Part shown: one piece after another, positions 9,643 to 18,688 of the stretch
How positions within the stretch are numbered: the stretch's first letter is position 1
How the letters are laid out: every line of letters starts with the position of its first letter
Assembly (NCBI GenBank): GCA_018920185.1
Contig: JAHLMT010000003.1
Span: 2,055 to 66,054, forward strand
Length of the DNA: 64,000 bases
DNA from: Candidatus Aenigmatarchaeota archaeon
Lineage (GTDB): Archaea; Aenigmatarchaeota; Aenigmatarchaeia; CG10238-14; SCSR01
Direction: 5' to 3'
Program-made: the position numbers and the translations under genes
The notes under the pieces: generated by a model
What the model was told of the DNA's origin: nothing
The model's database searches: none
Seen by the model: only the letters and a program-made list of their open reading frames with translations

Positions 9643-10803
9643 ATGGGAATCAAGCTTGCTGATAGAATAAAAGTTATAGGAACATCAAAAATAGAGGAAA
9701 GTTTACGAATTTTAGAACAGCATCCTGAAATAGTTTCTCTTGGAGCAGGTGAACCAGACTTTCCAGCACCACCGAATGTAATAAAATCTGCTGAAAAATT
9801 TCTTGAAAGAGGTTACACTCACTATTCACCATTACAAGGGAGACATGAATTAAGAGAAGAACTTGTAAAAAAATTGAAAAAGGACAATAAAATCGATGTA
9901 ACTCCAGAAGAGATAATTATCACGTGTGGTTCTAAAGAAGCAATCTTGCTTTCTGTTATGACATTAGTAAATCCGAAAGAAGAAGTTATAATTCCCGACC
10001 CAGGTTATATTGCTTACCGTCCGATAGTTGAAATGTTCAATAGCGTTGCCAAATCTTTACCTTTAAACGAAGACGACCAATTTGAAGTTCATCCTGAGAT
10101 ATTGGAGAAATTGATAACCAATAAAACAAAGCTTCTAATTTTAAACACCCCGTCAAATCCAACTGGTGGGGTACTGACAAGGAAAGTCTTGGAAGAAATT
10201 GCCGATATTGTTGTCGATAAAAATTTAATGGTTTTGTGTGACGAGGCTTATGAGAAATTAATTTACGATAACGCAAAACACGTTAGCATGGCGAGTTTAA
10301 ATGGGATGAAAGATTATGTTGTAACTACACAGACATTTTCAAAAACTTATGCAATGTGTGGATTCAGAGTTGGTTATGCTGTTGCCAATGAAAAGATTAT
10401 TAAAGAAATGAAAGAATTCAAGATATGCACTACATTAGCTGCACCTACATTCGCTCAATTGGCTGCCGTTGAAGCTTTGAAAAATTCTGCAGATTATGTC
10501 AAGAAAATGGTTAGGGAATATGACAGGCGCAGAAAGATGTTAATTAAAAGGTTGAACGAAATTCCGAATATCAGTTGTACAAAGCCTAAAGGGGCATTTT
10601 ATGCTTTCCCAAATATCAAAAGAATTAAAATGTCGTCTGAAAAGTTTTCTGATTTTCTGTTAAAGAAGGCAAAAGTTGTTGTTATTCCGGGGATTGAATT
10701 TGGGAAATACGGTGAAGGGTATATCCGTTTGAGTTATGCTACAGCTTACGAAAAAATTGCTGAGGCATTAGATAGAATAGAAAAGGTTGTAAGTAAACTT
10801 TAA
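9643..10803 (+). CDS. class I/II PLP-dependent aminotransferase (aspartate aminotransferase-like)
   Basis: 386 aa with motifs LGAGEPDF, NTPSNPTG, CDEAY and SKTYAMCGFRVGY (PLP lysine context). Confidence 0.85.
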   Translation: MGIKLADRIKVIGTSKIEESLRILEQHPEIVSLGAGEPDFPAPPNVIKSAEKFLERGYTHYSPLQGRHELREELVKKLKKDNKIDVTPEEIIITCGSKEAILLSVMTLVNPKEEVIIPDPGYIAYRPIVEMFNSVAKSLPLNEDDQFEVHPEILEKLITNKTKLLILNTPSNPTGGVLTRKVLEEIADIVVDKNLMVLCDEAYEKLIYDNAKHVSMASLNGMKDYVVTTQTFSKTYAMCGFRVGYAVANEKIIKEMKEFKICTTLAAPTFAQLAAVEALKNSADYVKKMVREYDRRRKMLIKRLNEIPNISCTKPKGAFYAFPNIKRIKMSSEKFSDFLLKKAKVVVIPGIEFGKYGEGYIRLSYATAYEKIAEALDRIEKVVSKL

Positions 10804-10826
10804 ATTATGTTACCTTATTATTTAAA

Positions 10827-11115
10827 GGGAGGTGTAGGTCGGGGCAGGTAGGCTCTGCCTATATCGAGAAAAAGTCTATATGCTCGAGCCGAAAGCCCTT
10901 GGAAGATACAAGTTCATAACTTGGTCTGCGTGCTTAACTGAGAAGTTATGTCTCTCAGAGTGGTACGTATAATAAACTCGGACAGGTCCGGAAGGAAAGA
11001 ATAAATCCCTTAAGCATCCGTAAGTTATATGTACCATGTTTGAGAGTAACATAACAGAGAAAAGCATGCAGGTAAACCATTTTACGGACTTGTATCGACC
11101 TTGGGAATACCTCCT
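10827..11115 (+). ncRNA. signal recognition particle RNA (archaeal 7S-type)
   Basis: Contains CAGGTCCGGAAGGAA, the conserved helix-8 motif of SRP RNAs. The 5' GGAGGTGTAGGTCG can pair with the 3' CGACCTTGGGAATACCTCC to close a ~290-nt molecule. A TATA-like TTTAAATT lies ~25 nt upstream. End coordinates are approximate. Confidence 0.7.
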
Positions 11116-11132
11116 ATCTTTATGGTGAATGA

Positions 11133-11873
11133 ATGAGAAAGGAACTCGTTGTTGCATCTAGTGTCATCGTGTTATTCTTCATATTGCTAGCCATATCTTC
11201 ATCTATAAAAGAACCAGAAATAATTCCTACATCCGACAAACAAACTGCTTCACAACAATCTTTTGTGCCCAATACAGTTATGATAAATCTTCCAGCTGTT
11301 GACAGTCAGGGGAATGGTGTTGTTGCTAAGTTAAAAGTACAGGCTATTTCGGGAGAAGGAAGGGTGCTAACAAACATAGATAATATTTTGTTTTGGGTTG
11401 ATACACAATATTCGATTAGAGTTGCAGAAACGGTGGCTAAAAACATAACTGGTGCTGATCTATCCAAGGTTGATTTGATATACACAATAGAAGCTGATGC
11501 GTCTGTAATTGAAGGTGGATCAGCAGGAGCTGCACTAACTATAGCAACAATAGCCGTGTTAAAGAACAAAACCCTACCTTCTGATGTGATGATTACTGGA
11601 ACTATTAACCCTGACGGTACTATCGGACCTGTTGGGGGTATATTTGCAAAAGCAAAAGCATCGAAAGATGTTGGTGCAAAGCTATTTCTAGTTCCCGAAG
11701 GTCAGGGTTCACAAATAAACTACATACCAGAGAGGACATGTGAACAAATAGGGCCCGTGACATTTTGTACGACAAAATACAAGCCTCAGAAATTGGATAT
11801 ATCCAAAGATATTGGAATAGAAGTTAAAGAAGTCTCGAATATTAATGATGCTTTAAAGTATTTTATTGACTAA
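11133..11873 (+). CDS. membrane-anchored Lon-like (S16) serine protease domain protein
   Basis: 246 aa with an N-terminal TM. GGSAGAALTIATIAVL and ITGTINPDGTIGPVGGIFAKAKA match the Lon proteolytic domain Ser-Lys dyad contexts. Confidence 0.7.
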   Translation: MRKELVVASSVIVLFFILLAISSSIKEPEIIPTSDKQTASQQSFVPNTVMINLPAVDSQGNGVVAKLKVQAISGEGRVLTNIDNILFWVDTQYSIRVAETVAKNITGADLSKVDLIYTIEADASVIEGGSAGAALTIATIAVLKNKTLPSDVMITGTINPDGTIGPVGGIFAKAKASKDVGAKLFLVPEGQGSQINYIPERTCEQIGPVTFCTTKYKPQKLDISKDIGIEVKEVSNINDALKYFID

Positions 11874-11882
11874 TGTAATTTT

Positions 11883-12461
11883 ATGGAAACCTTCACCAAA
11901 GAAGAAATCAGAGATATAATCGTTTCTGTTATTGCGCTGATAATAATTTTTTCATGGAAACCGTTTCCAAGATTTGGATTGAATCTTGACCTAATACCTT
12001 ATTTCATTGTTATTATCCTAGTTGCTTTCTTGTTGCATGAGATGGCACACAAGTGGATGGCAAGAAAGTTTAATATGGCTGCCCACTACAAGATGTGGCC
12101 GCAGGGAATTTTATTTGGTTTGATTTTTATGATTCTTGGATTGAAATTTGTTGCACCGGGTGCTGTTGTTGTTTATCCGTATAGATTTGCCAGATGGGGG
12201 TTCAGAAGACCTTACCCTGAAATAGCAAGTGGTGAAATGGGATTGATTGCTTTAGCCGGACCTGTCACAAATCTATTTTCGGCATTGCTATTTTCGCTAT
12301 TTGACAGTTTTTTATTTAACCAACTAAAGTTTATCAACGCCTGGCTGGCATTTTTCAATTTATTGCCGGTGCCGCCTTTAGACGGAAGTAAAGTTTTAAT
12401 ATGGAAACCTTGGATATGGGGGATGTGTATAGCAGTCGCATTAATACTTGTATTTATTTAA
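11883..12461 (+). CDS. M50 family (site-2 protease-like) membrane metalloprotease
   Basis: 192 aa, polytopic. HEMAHKW (HExxH) lies in a TM helix and NLLPVPPLDGSK is the second conserved motif. Confidence 0.7.
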   Translation: METFTKEEIRDIIVSVIALIIIFSWKPFPRFGLNLDLIPYFIVIILVAFLLHEMAHKWMARKFNMAAHYKMWPQGILFGLIFMILGLKFVAPGAVVVYPYRFARWGFRRPYPEIASGEMGLIALAGPVTNLFSALLFSLFDSFLFNQLKFINAWLAFFNLLPVPPLDGSKVLIWKPWIWGMCIAVALILVFI

Positions 12462-12475
12462 TTGTATAAGATTTC

Positions 12476-13732
12476 ATGGAATACATAGCCGATTTTCACT
12501 TGCATTCTAAATATTCACGAGCGACTAGCAGAGATTTGAGCTTGGAGACTCTGTCTGAAGGTGCAAAGATAAAAGGGTTGAATCTTTTATCAGCCCCGGA
12601 TTTCACACATCCTATTTGGTTGAAAGAGCTGAGGTCAAAGTTGATAGAAGAACATGAAGGTATTTTTAATTTTAATGGGATTAATTTCATCTTAACAACC
12701 GAGATCGCGACAATAGAGACTTTTCAAGGGAAAACAAGACATGTGCACCACAATATTCATGCACCATCATTTGATGTCGTAGATCAAATTAATGAAGCAC
12801 TAGGGAAATTTGGTGATCTGAAAGCTGATGGGAGGCCAATGCTTACCGTCTCTCCTGCAGAGATTGTTGAAATTTTGATGCAGATAAGTAAAGATATTTT
12901 GATATATCCCAACCACGCATGGACACCGTGGAGAAGTGTTTTTGGCTCGATTAATGGATACAATTCATTAGAAGAGTGCTATCAAGATCAGTCCAAACAT
13001 ATTTTTGCATTGGAAACTGGTTTATCGTCGGATCCTCCGATGAATTGGATGTGGTCAAAACTTGATGAGATAACTTTATTGTCGAATAGTGATGCCCATT
13101 CAGCGAATCCTTGGAGATTAGGAAGGGAAGCGAATGTATTTGAGCTTGATGAACTGACTTATAATGAAATAAATGATGCTATAAAGAAAAAGGATAAGAA
13201 AAAATTTTTATTCACCATAGAAGTTCCACCAGAATACGGGAAGTATCACATAACAGGTCACAGGCGTTGCAATGTGAGCATGCACCCGAAAGATGCTATA
13301 AGAATTAACAACAGATGTCCACGATGTAGGAAAAAGATGACCATAGGTGTTTTACAAAGGGTGGAAGAACTAGCAGATAGGGAAAGGGGATTTGTTCCAA
13401 AAAACGCTATACCTTTTAAGACTTTGCTTCCATTGTATGAAATAATCTCTTTTGTTGCAGGTACTGGTGAACTTTATTCTAAAAAAGTTGTCGAAGAACA
13501 AAACAAGCTGATAAATAAGTTTGGTAGCGAATTGAATGTTTTGCTAAATGTCAGTAGGGAAGAATTAGTAAAAGTTACAAACGAGAAAATTGCTGAAGCG
13601 ATAATAAAGGTTAGAGAAGGAAAGGTTAGATTCAACCCTGGTTACGACGGTTTTTATGGAATTCCTATATTTGACGACAACATCCAGACCAAGGAAAGTT
13701 TTGTTGAGCAGAAAAGTTTAACCGATTTTTAA
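12476..13732 (+). CDS. endoQ: endonuclease Q (PHP domain plus zinc finger)
   Basis: 418 aa. DFHLHSKYSRATS (PHP metal site), NSDAHSANPWRLGREANVFEL and the C..C....CPRC zinc finger followed by GVLQRVEEL resemble Pyrococcus EndoQ as I recall it. Confidence 0.75.
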   Translation: MEYIADFHLHSKYSRATSRDLSLETLSEGAKIKGLNLLSAPDFTHPIWLKELRSKLIEEHEGIFNFNGINFILTTEIATIETFQGKTRHVHHNIHAPSFDVVDQINEALGKFGDLKADGRPMLTVSPAEIVEILMQISKDILIYPNHAWTPWRSVFGSINGYNSLEECYQDQSKHIFALETGLSSDPPMNWMWSKLDEITLLSNSDAHSANPWRLGREANVFELDELTYNEINDAIKKKDKKKFLFTIEVPPEYGKYHITGHRRCNVSMHPKDAIRINNRCPRCRKKMTIGVLQRVEELADRERGFVPKNAIPFKTLLPLYEIISFVAGTGELYSKKVVEEQNKLINKFGSELNVLLNVSREELVKVTNEKIAEAIIKVREGKVRFNPGYDGFYGIPIFDDNIQTKESFVEQKSLTDF

Positions 13733-14362
13733 AAGTTTGTCCAGCTGTTTTAAGTAAGAGTTGGTATAAGGTGCGTAAAGATAGTATAAAGCTATGAAGA
13801 TCAAAACTCTGAACAACATCCCCATAGCTATAGCTGCGGCTACTCGACGCAATTCTGTTCTGTAAAATCCTGAAATGAGAACTGCAATTGTAGGTAACGA
13901 TATTGGAAGAGGTATTGGTATGATGTAGCTGAAGAAAATGATAGGAACAATAAAACGTTCTAAAAATGGAACTGTAGTGAATGGTTTTTTGAATATTTTA
14001 TCCAGCACGCGTTGACCAGAGAAACGACCGATTAGATAGTAAATTAATCCAAATGATAAGTAAACCAGAATTGTTATGAAAATTATTCCGAATACATTCG
14101 TTCCTTTCGAGAAGGCGAAAATTATATACGCTTCTGCTGGAGGGCTTGGTAATATTGGAATGTTTGCAAAAACAAGAAAAATTAACAAACCTATTAAAGT
14201 TCCCGATAAGAAGTTGTTCTTGACATAAGTGAACAAAGGGATTGACCAAGGTATATTTTGTTTTAAGAAATTAATCACAGGTTGTTGGACAAGGTTTTGT
14301 TGGAATAAAAAAGCAAGAGCTACAATTATAAGCAAAATTGCCAAAATTTTTTTAATGCTCAC
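13718..14362 (-). CDS. polytopic membrane protein (possibly DedA/VTT-like)
   Basis: 214 aa with 5-6 hydrophobic helices. The YYLIGRFSGQRVLDKIF segment resembles the VTT-domain loop; this is a weak call. Confidence 0.35.
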   Translation of the reverse strand: MSIKKILAILLIIVALAFLFQQNLVQQPVINFLKQNIPWSIPLFTYVKNNFLSGTLIGLLIFLVFANIPILPSPPAEAYIIFAFSKGTNVFGIIFITILVYLSFGLIYYLIGRFSGQRVLDKIFKKPFTTVPFLERFIVPIIFFSYIIPIPLPISLPTIAVLISGFYRTELRRVAAAIAMGMLFRVLIFIALYYLYAPYTNSYLKQLDKLLKIG

Positions 14363-14397
14363 ACTATTAAATTAAAATTGTGAAAATAAGAACAATT

Positions 14398-14479
14398 GGG
14401 TCTGTAGTCTAACGGTAAATTCGTTAAAGGACGGCGCTTTCACGTGGCGCAAATCACGGTTCAAATCCGTGCGGACCCA
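14398..14479 (+). tRNA. tRNA-Val (CAC) with enlarged 18-nt D-loop
   Basis: Acceptor GGGTCTG/CGGACCC, anticodon stem GCGCT/GGCGC, loop TTCACGT, T-arm CACGG-TTCAAAT-CCGTG, discriminator A, no encoded CCA. At 82 nt it is about 9 nt too long, and the excess lies in the D-loop. Confidence 0.7.
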
Positions 14480-14492
14480 TTAGAGCAATTTA

Positions 14493-15401
14493 TTATATTA
14501 CTTTAAGAACTGTTACTCTTGTAGTGCTATCAACAAAATAAGCGTAATCTATCTTTACGTTCAGTGCTACATCTTTAAAGTTAGTAAAATCTCCGACAGC
14601 CACATCACAAGAAATGACTTTACTTTTGCCTCCTACAAGTCTTTGGTCAGTAAGAGTTACTGTGCCACTCTCATCAGCTGAGATACCAGCGCAGTTACCA
14701 TTCCTTCCTACGCCAGTTATGGTTATTGTTTTAATAACATCTAGATCCTCAGAAATTATCACTTTCTCAGGAGGAATGTCTTTAACTACTCTACCAGGTC
14801 CTATATTCTGTATTTCAAACTGTACTCTCCCAGTTGTTGATGTGCCTGGGATAGTTGATGTCCTTGCAGATGCTGTCACTAACAGTGGTCCAGCTGTAAC
14901 ACTGAAACTCTGAATACCTTTTGGTGTATTCGGAGCTGTTCTAAGAAAATCTGCCTTTACAAATCTTAATAACGTATCAGCTATTGTTGAATAGCCGTAT
15001 ACTACTCTAACTGAAGCATCATATGACACGTCTGTCTTTTTAGCTGCTGAGGACGGGAATGTGGCGGTAAAGTCTATAGAAACATCTTCACCACTTAATC
15101 CTGTTGAGGGATCGGCTGGTGCTAATGCTGGTACGCCTTTAACATCGCCATTGTTGGGGAGCATCCACTCATTAGACAAACCAAACAATATTGCTTTACC
15201 AGTTGAGGACTTCATTCCGCCAACATTTTTTAGGTTCACTGTAAAAGTCACGGTTGAACCTGGATCGATAGACTGGACATCAGGTGCAAAACTAGTTATT
15301 ATTACTCCTGCACCAGCAGGGGTTTCAGGTGCTCTGGCACATCCCGCTAAAAATACAATAGAAACTACAGAAAACAACATCAATTCTTTGTTAATCTTCA
15401 T
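14493..15401 (-). CDS. lipoprotein, paralog family member 1
   Basis: 302 aa with lipobox-like FLAGC after a signal helix. It shares ordered blocks with the 16449 ORF: IITSFAPDV/IVDFSPDL, TVNLKNVGG/IVENVGEG, VVYGYST/LYYGYQT, FEIQNIGPG/IEIKNIGTG, IDYAYFVDSTTRVTVLK/IDYSYFVEKTSSITVLK. Confidence 0.65.
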   Translation of the reverse strand: MKINKELMLFSVVSIVFLAGCARAPETPAGAGVIITSFAPDVQSIDPGSTVTFTVNLKNVGGMKSSTGKAILFGLSNEWMLPNNGDVKGVPALAPADPSTGLSGEDVSIDFTATFPSSAAKKTDVSYDASVRVVYGYSTIADTLLRFVKADFLRTAPNTPKGIQSFSVTAGPLLVTASARTSTIPGTSTTGRVQFEIQNIGPGRVVKDIPPEKVIISEDLDVIKTITITGVGRNGNCAGISADESGTVTLTDQRLVGGKSKVISCDVAVGDFTNFKDVALNVKIDYAYFVDSTTRVTVLKVI

Positions 15402-15565
15402 TTTCTCTATTAATATTTTAGTGAAAAAAGTATATAAATCTGCTGAAAATGATTTTCTGAATAAACCATCGTAATGAGTAGATATAGCATTCTCTTATTA
15501 CCTCAAAAGAATTTTTTTACGGGTGGGTTGCAAAGATAATAATCTTTAAAACTAAATTTATTTTT

Positions 15566-16474
15566 ATGAGACAATTTTTCATTATAATTTCAATTATTTT
15601 CGTAATTTTTCTTGCCGGTTGTGTTCAAAAACCAACAAAACCTGAAATTCAATTTAAAAATGACGTTGTTACAATTGAGAATTTAATTGTTGATACGACT
15701 GCTCCTTATTCAGAGAATAAAGTTAACATAGAATTTGATATACAAAGTAATGCAGATAGGGTTATACCTCAAATAACAGTAAATTTTTTTGATATACCTG
15801 GTTTTTCTGAGCCATCTCTGGATTGTGGATTAAATAATGCCAAAATAGACGATAGAATATGCAGATACAATCAATTGGAAAGTTTAGACAGCATACATGT
15901 TAGAATGACATTAAAAGCCAATAAAGTAGAATCTCCTACTCCATTTGTTGTTAGTTTTTCTGTAGAATATTCATATAATGGTATGAGGGAGGCTGTAATA
16001 CCTGTAATAAATCCTTTAATAAGAAAAGAACCTAGTTTCAAATTTTCACAAAGTGAACCAACTGTAGGACCTATTCTTTTTGAGATTCAACCGTTATTGG
16101 AAAGGGAGAAAATTGTGGGCGATAAAACAATAAAAGAGTACTGGGCTATTAAAGACCAAGAATTTACAACTAAGTTTGTTTTAAAAGATGTGGGGACTAT
16201 TAAAAATGTCTTACCAATTAACATTCCTAATGGACTAGTTGGGTTGTCGGATCTTATAAATTTAGAGAAAGGTGAAATATGTGACTTTTCAGGAACATCA
16301 AGCATGGGCATACCAAGTACTAAACCAGTAAATAAAACATTCGACACTTTAATTTGTACTTTCAAACCCAAATCAAATCAGGATGAATTTACAGGAATTA
16401 TAAAAATCAATTACACGTATACATATGAGTTTATAAGGAGCGTGAATTTTGTTGTCCAACCTTCGCTTAAATAA
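15566..16474 (+). CDS. lipoprotein, paralog family member 2 (divergent)
   Basis: 302 aa with IFLAGC lipobox. It has the same block order in diverged form (FSVEYSYNG, LFEIQPL, terminal INYTYTYEFIRSVNFVV). Confidence 0.6.
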   Translation: MRQFFIIISIIFVIFLAGCVQKPTKPEIQFKNDVVTIENLIVDTTAPYSENKVNIEFDIQSNADRVIPQITVNFFDIPGFSEPSLDCGLNNAKIDDRICRYNQLESLDSIHVRMTLKANKVESPTPFVVSFSVEYSYNGMREAVIPVINPLIRKEPSFKFSQSEPTVGPILFEIQPLLEREKIVGDKTIKEYWAIKDQEFTTKFVLKDVGTIKNVLPINIPNGLVGLSDLINLEKGEICDFSGTSSMGIPSTKPVNKTFDTLICTFKPKSNQDEFTGIIKINYTYTYEFIRSVNFVVQPSLK

Positions 16475-17621
16475 AATTTTGATTTTTTATCTACTGGTAG
16501 TTGTTATCTTCTTAGCAGGATGTGCAAAAAAAGCAACTATTACAACCAATAACGGTCTTTCGATAGTTGATTTTTCTCCAGATTTAAGTATAGTTGGAAG
16601 TAATATACCTGTGACAATTTCTTTAATCGTTGAAAATGTAGGAGAAGGTATTGCACATATTGTCGAAGCGGAATTAATTGGTTTAGATGATTGGACGTTA
16701 AACGATGATAGAGGGCAGTTAGTAGCTTCCACTTTAGCTGCAGCAGATCTAACAAACAATATTAAAGGGGAACAGGCTGTAAAAGAATGGAAACTTGTTT
16801 CTCCCTCAAAAATGGTTAATCAAAAATACGATTTTAGTGTTAAACTTTACTATGGATATCAAACTCGTTCTACTATTTTAATAAGAGCAGTGGGCTTAGA
16901 ATATTTCAAGAGTTTATCAAAAGAAGAACAATCGAAAATCCAGCAGGGAATAGTTTCTGTTTCAAATACAAAAGGTCCTTTAGAGATTTCTGTCAAAACT
17001 CAGCAAACATTTTTAACTCAATCTTCTCAATTGCCTATAGAAATAGAAATCAAGAATATCGGTACAGGTAGAGCATTTTTTGGGGGTACAAAACCAACAA
17101 AAGAAAATTTAGATATCGTTTCGATTACTACTACAGGAGTTAGATGTACAAAAAATGAAGTAAAATTAACAAATGGAAAATTGGGAAAACTTGTTTGTTA
17201 CTTAGATACCAGTAGAGTTACTACGCTTCAAACATTTTCTATCGATGTCACAATAGATTATAGTTACTTTGTTGAGAAAACCTCTTCTATAACAGTTTTG
17301 AAAAGTGTTGCACCTATTGCTCCTGCAGCATCACCACCGCCAACACCAACACCAACACCACCGCCAACAAATCCATCCCCTACTGCAGAATGTGATCAAA
17401 AGGTCAGAGATGCCATGGGAAATAAATTGGAGTGTAGAAGTGTTTCTGGTGTTCCTGTGAAAATATGCTGTTTCCAAGGTCAGAGTGATGAGGATTGTAG
17501 ATCTGTTTTTGATAGTAGGAGAGGAGGAGATCCTAATGTAGGAGAGGCGAATTATTGTACAGAAAAAATTAAGGGGGGTAAAGATTATTGTATTAATGGA
17601 GAAGGAGAGTGCAAAGCTTAA
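16449..17621 (+). CDS. lipoprotein, paralog family member 3, with Pro/Thr linker and Cys-rich C-terminal module
   Basis: 390 aa in the track, from a non-ATG start; the real start is uncertain within the first ~30 nt. IFLAGC lipobox, family blocks as above, then PPPTPTPTPPPTNPSPT and an ~75-aa tail with 9 Cys. Confidence 0.65.
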   Translation: MLSNLRLNKILIFYLLVVVIFLAGCAKKATITTNNGLSIVDFSPDLSIVGSNIPVTISLIVENVGEGIAHIVEAELIGLDDWTLNDDRGQLVASTLAAADLTNNIKGEQAVKEWKLVSPSKMVNQKYDFSVKLYYGYQTRSTILIRAVGLEYFKSLSKEEQSKIQQGIVSVSNTKGPLEISVKTQQTFLTQSSQLPIEIEIKNIGTGRAFFGGTKPTKENLDIVSITTTGVRCTKNEVKLTNGKLGKLVCYLDTSRVTTLQTFSIDVTIDYSYFVEKTSSITVLKSVAPIAPAASPPPTPTPTPPPTNPSPTAECDQKVRDAMGNKLECRSVSGVPVKICCFQGQSDEDCRSVFDSRRGGDPNVGEANYCTEKIKGGKDYCINGEGECKA

Positions 17622-17623
17622 TC

Positions 17624-18619
17624 CTAGTATGGGACCCCTTTTTCTGGATGAGGTGTTGGAGTGGGAGTAGGTACAGGGCCGATGGTGCGTTCTTGTCTTC
17701 TTTCAGGTTGTGCAATGACATCTACATCTTCTCCTTTCACACCAACTATACCATCGTAATCAACTAAAATAGTTTTACCATCGTTAGCAACTTGTGCAAC
17801 AATCCCTATTACTCGTGTTGACCTACCTTTGTAAGGTCGTGGATAATCACGTTGTTTTACTTCTTTCGGTATTAGCTTAATTACAGAAGCTCCTCTTTCC
17901 AAATCACCCAAGCTATTAACAAATTCGTCCATTCTTTTTTCAGCATTCTCCCTCTGATTTTCAAATGGTAAAAATGGCACTTCAATTCGGTACAATCTTT
18001 CTGCACATTGTCTTACAAACTCGTCATTGAAGGTTATAGTCGGGAAAGATCTGCCAATAGGTCCCACTTCACTAAATCCTTCGCCTTCTTTTGGAATAAT
18101 AAAGTGTGGCTGTCCTTTGTTACAACTATATTTTTCTTCTCTATCACCAATTTTAATTATAGCATCTGCTTTTTTCGGTCTATAAGCATAAAGAGTGACA
18201 CTTCCCTCTCTAAATTTAGGCTGAGAACCTGTACGATCAAAAGACTTGTCTACCAATAGTTTATATACTACAAGATTTTGATCGAAAGGAATAGGATTAT
18301 TTCTATCAATTGGAAGCAGCATCTCTTCAATTGTTGGAGTAGGTGTTGGAGTTAGAGTCATTACAGGTGTTGGAGTAGGTGTTGGAGTTAGAGTCATTAC
18401 AGGTGTTGGAGTAGGTGTTGGAGTTAGAGTCATTATTGGAGGTGGAGTTGGTGGAATTGAAGATGCTCTTCTAGTTAAAAAATAAGTAGCGGCAGTTAAA
18501 CCACCTGCAATGAGTGCGCCTGCTAATACATAAAGAGCATTGTTTTTGATCCAACCCCAAAATCTATCAACAAATCCTACTAAAGGCCTCACTCTAGGGC
18601 CACCATAACCAAATTCCAT
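17624..18619 (-). CDS. membrane-anchored protein with (VMTLTPTPTPTP)x3 linker and unknown globular domain
   Basis: 331 aa with a TM helix (ALYVLAGALIAGGLTAATYF), a tandem PT-rich repeat, then ~230 aa with no family recognised and a C-terminal PTPTPTP. Confidence 0.6.
   Translation of the reverse strand: MEFGYGGPRVRPLVGFVDRFWGWIKNNALYVLAGALIAGGLTAATYFLTRRASSIPPTPPPIMTLTPTPTPTPVMTLTPTPTPTPVMTLTPTPTPTIEEMLLPIDRNNPIPFDQNLVVYKLLVDKSFDRTGSQPKFREGSVTLYAYRPKKADAIIKIGDREEKYSCNKGQPHFIIPKEGEGFSEVGPIGRSFPTITFNDEFVRQCAERLYRIEVPFLPFENQRENAEKRMDEFVNSLGDLERGASVIKLIPKEVKQRDYPRPYKGRSTRVIGIVAQVANDGKTILVDYDGIVGVKGEDVDVIAQPERRQERTIGPVPTPTPTPHPEKGVPY
18333..18440. repeat. 36-bp tandem repeat, about 3 copies (coding)
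   Basis: gttggagtaggtgttggagttagagtcattacaggt occurs at 18333-18368 and 18369-18404 identically. The third copy diverges in its last 7 nt. It is in frame within the 17624..18619 ORF. Confidence 0.9.
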
Positions 18620-18688
18620 GATTACACCTTGGTATATATGGAATAGTAGAGTATTTAAAGATTTAGCTACTTTTGAGTGGTTATTGAT

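Noticed and set aside
10876-11157. 93-aa ORF on the minus strand.
   Set aside because: It lies almost entirely antisense to the region that carries the SRP RNA helix-8 motif and closing helix. Its sequence is not protein-like, being rich in Cys, His, Tyr and Arg with no motif. I treat it as spurious.
13718-14362. This membrane protein, and the one at 20267..21043, considered as the missing prepilin peptidase.
   Set aside because: Neither shows the paired aspartate motifs (GxGD-type) of A24/PibD/FlaK peptidases. The peptidase is presumably encoded outside the window.
18333-18440. The tandem repeat considered as a possible CRISPR array.
   Set aside because: The units are directly adjacent with no spacers. 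They are 36 bp in frame inside a long ORF and encode a Pro/Thr linker. No cas genes are in the window.
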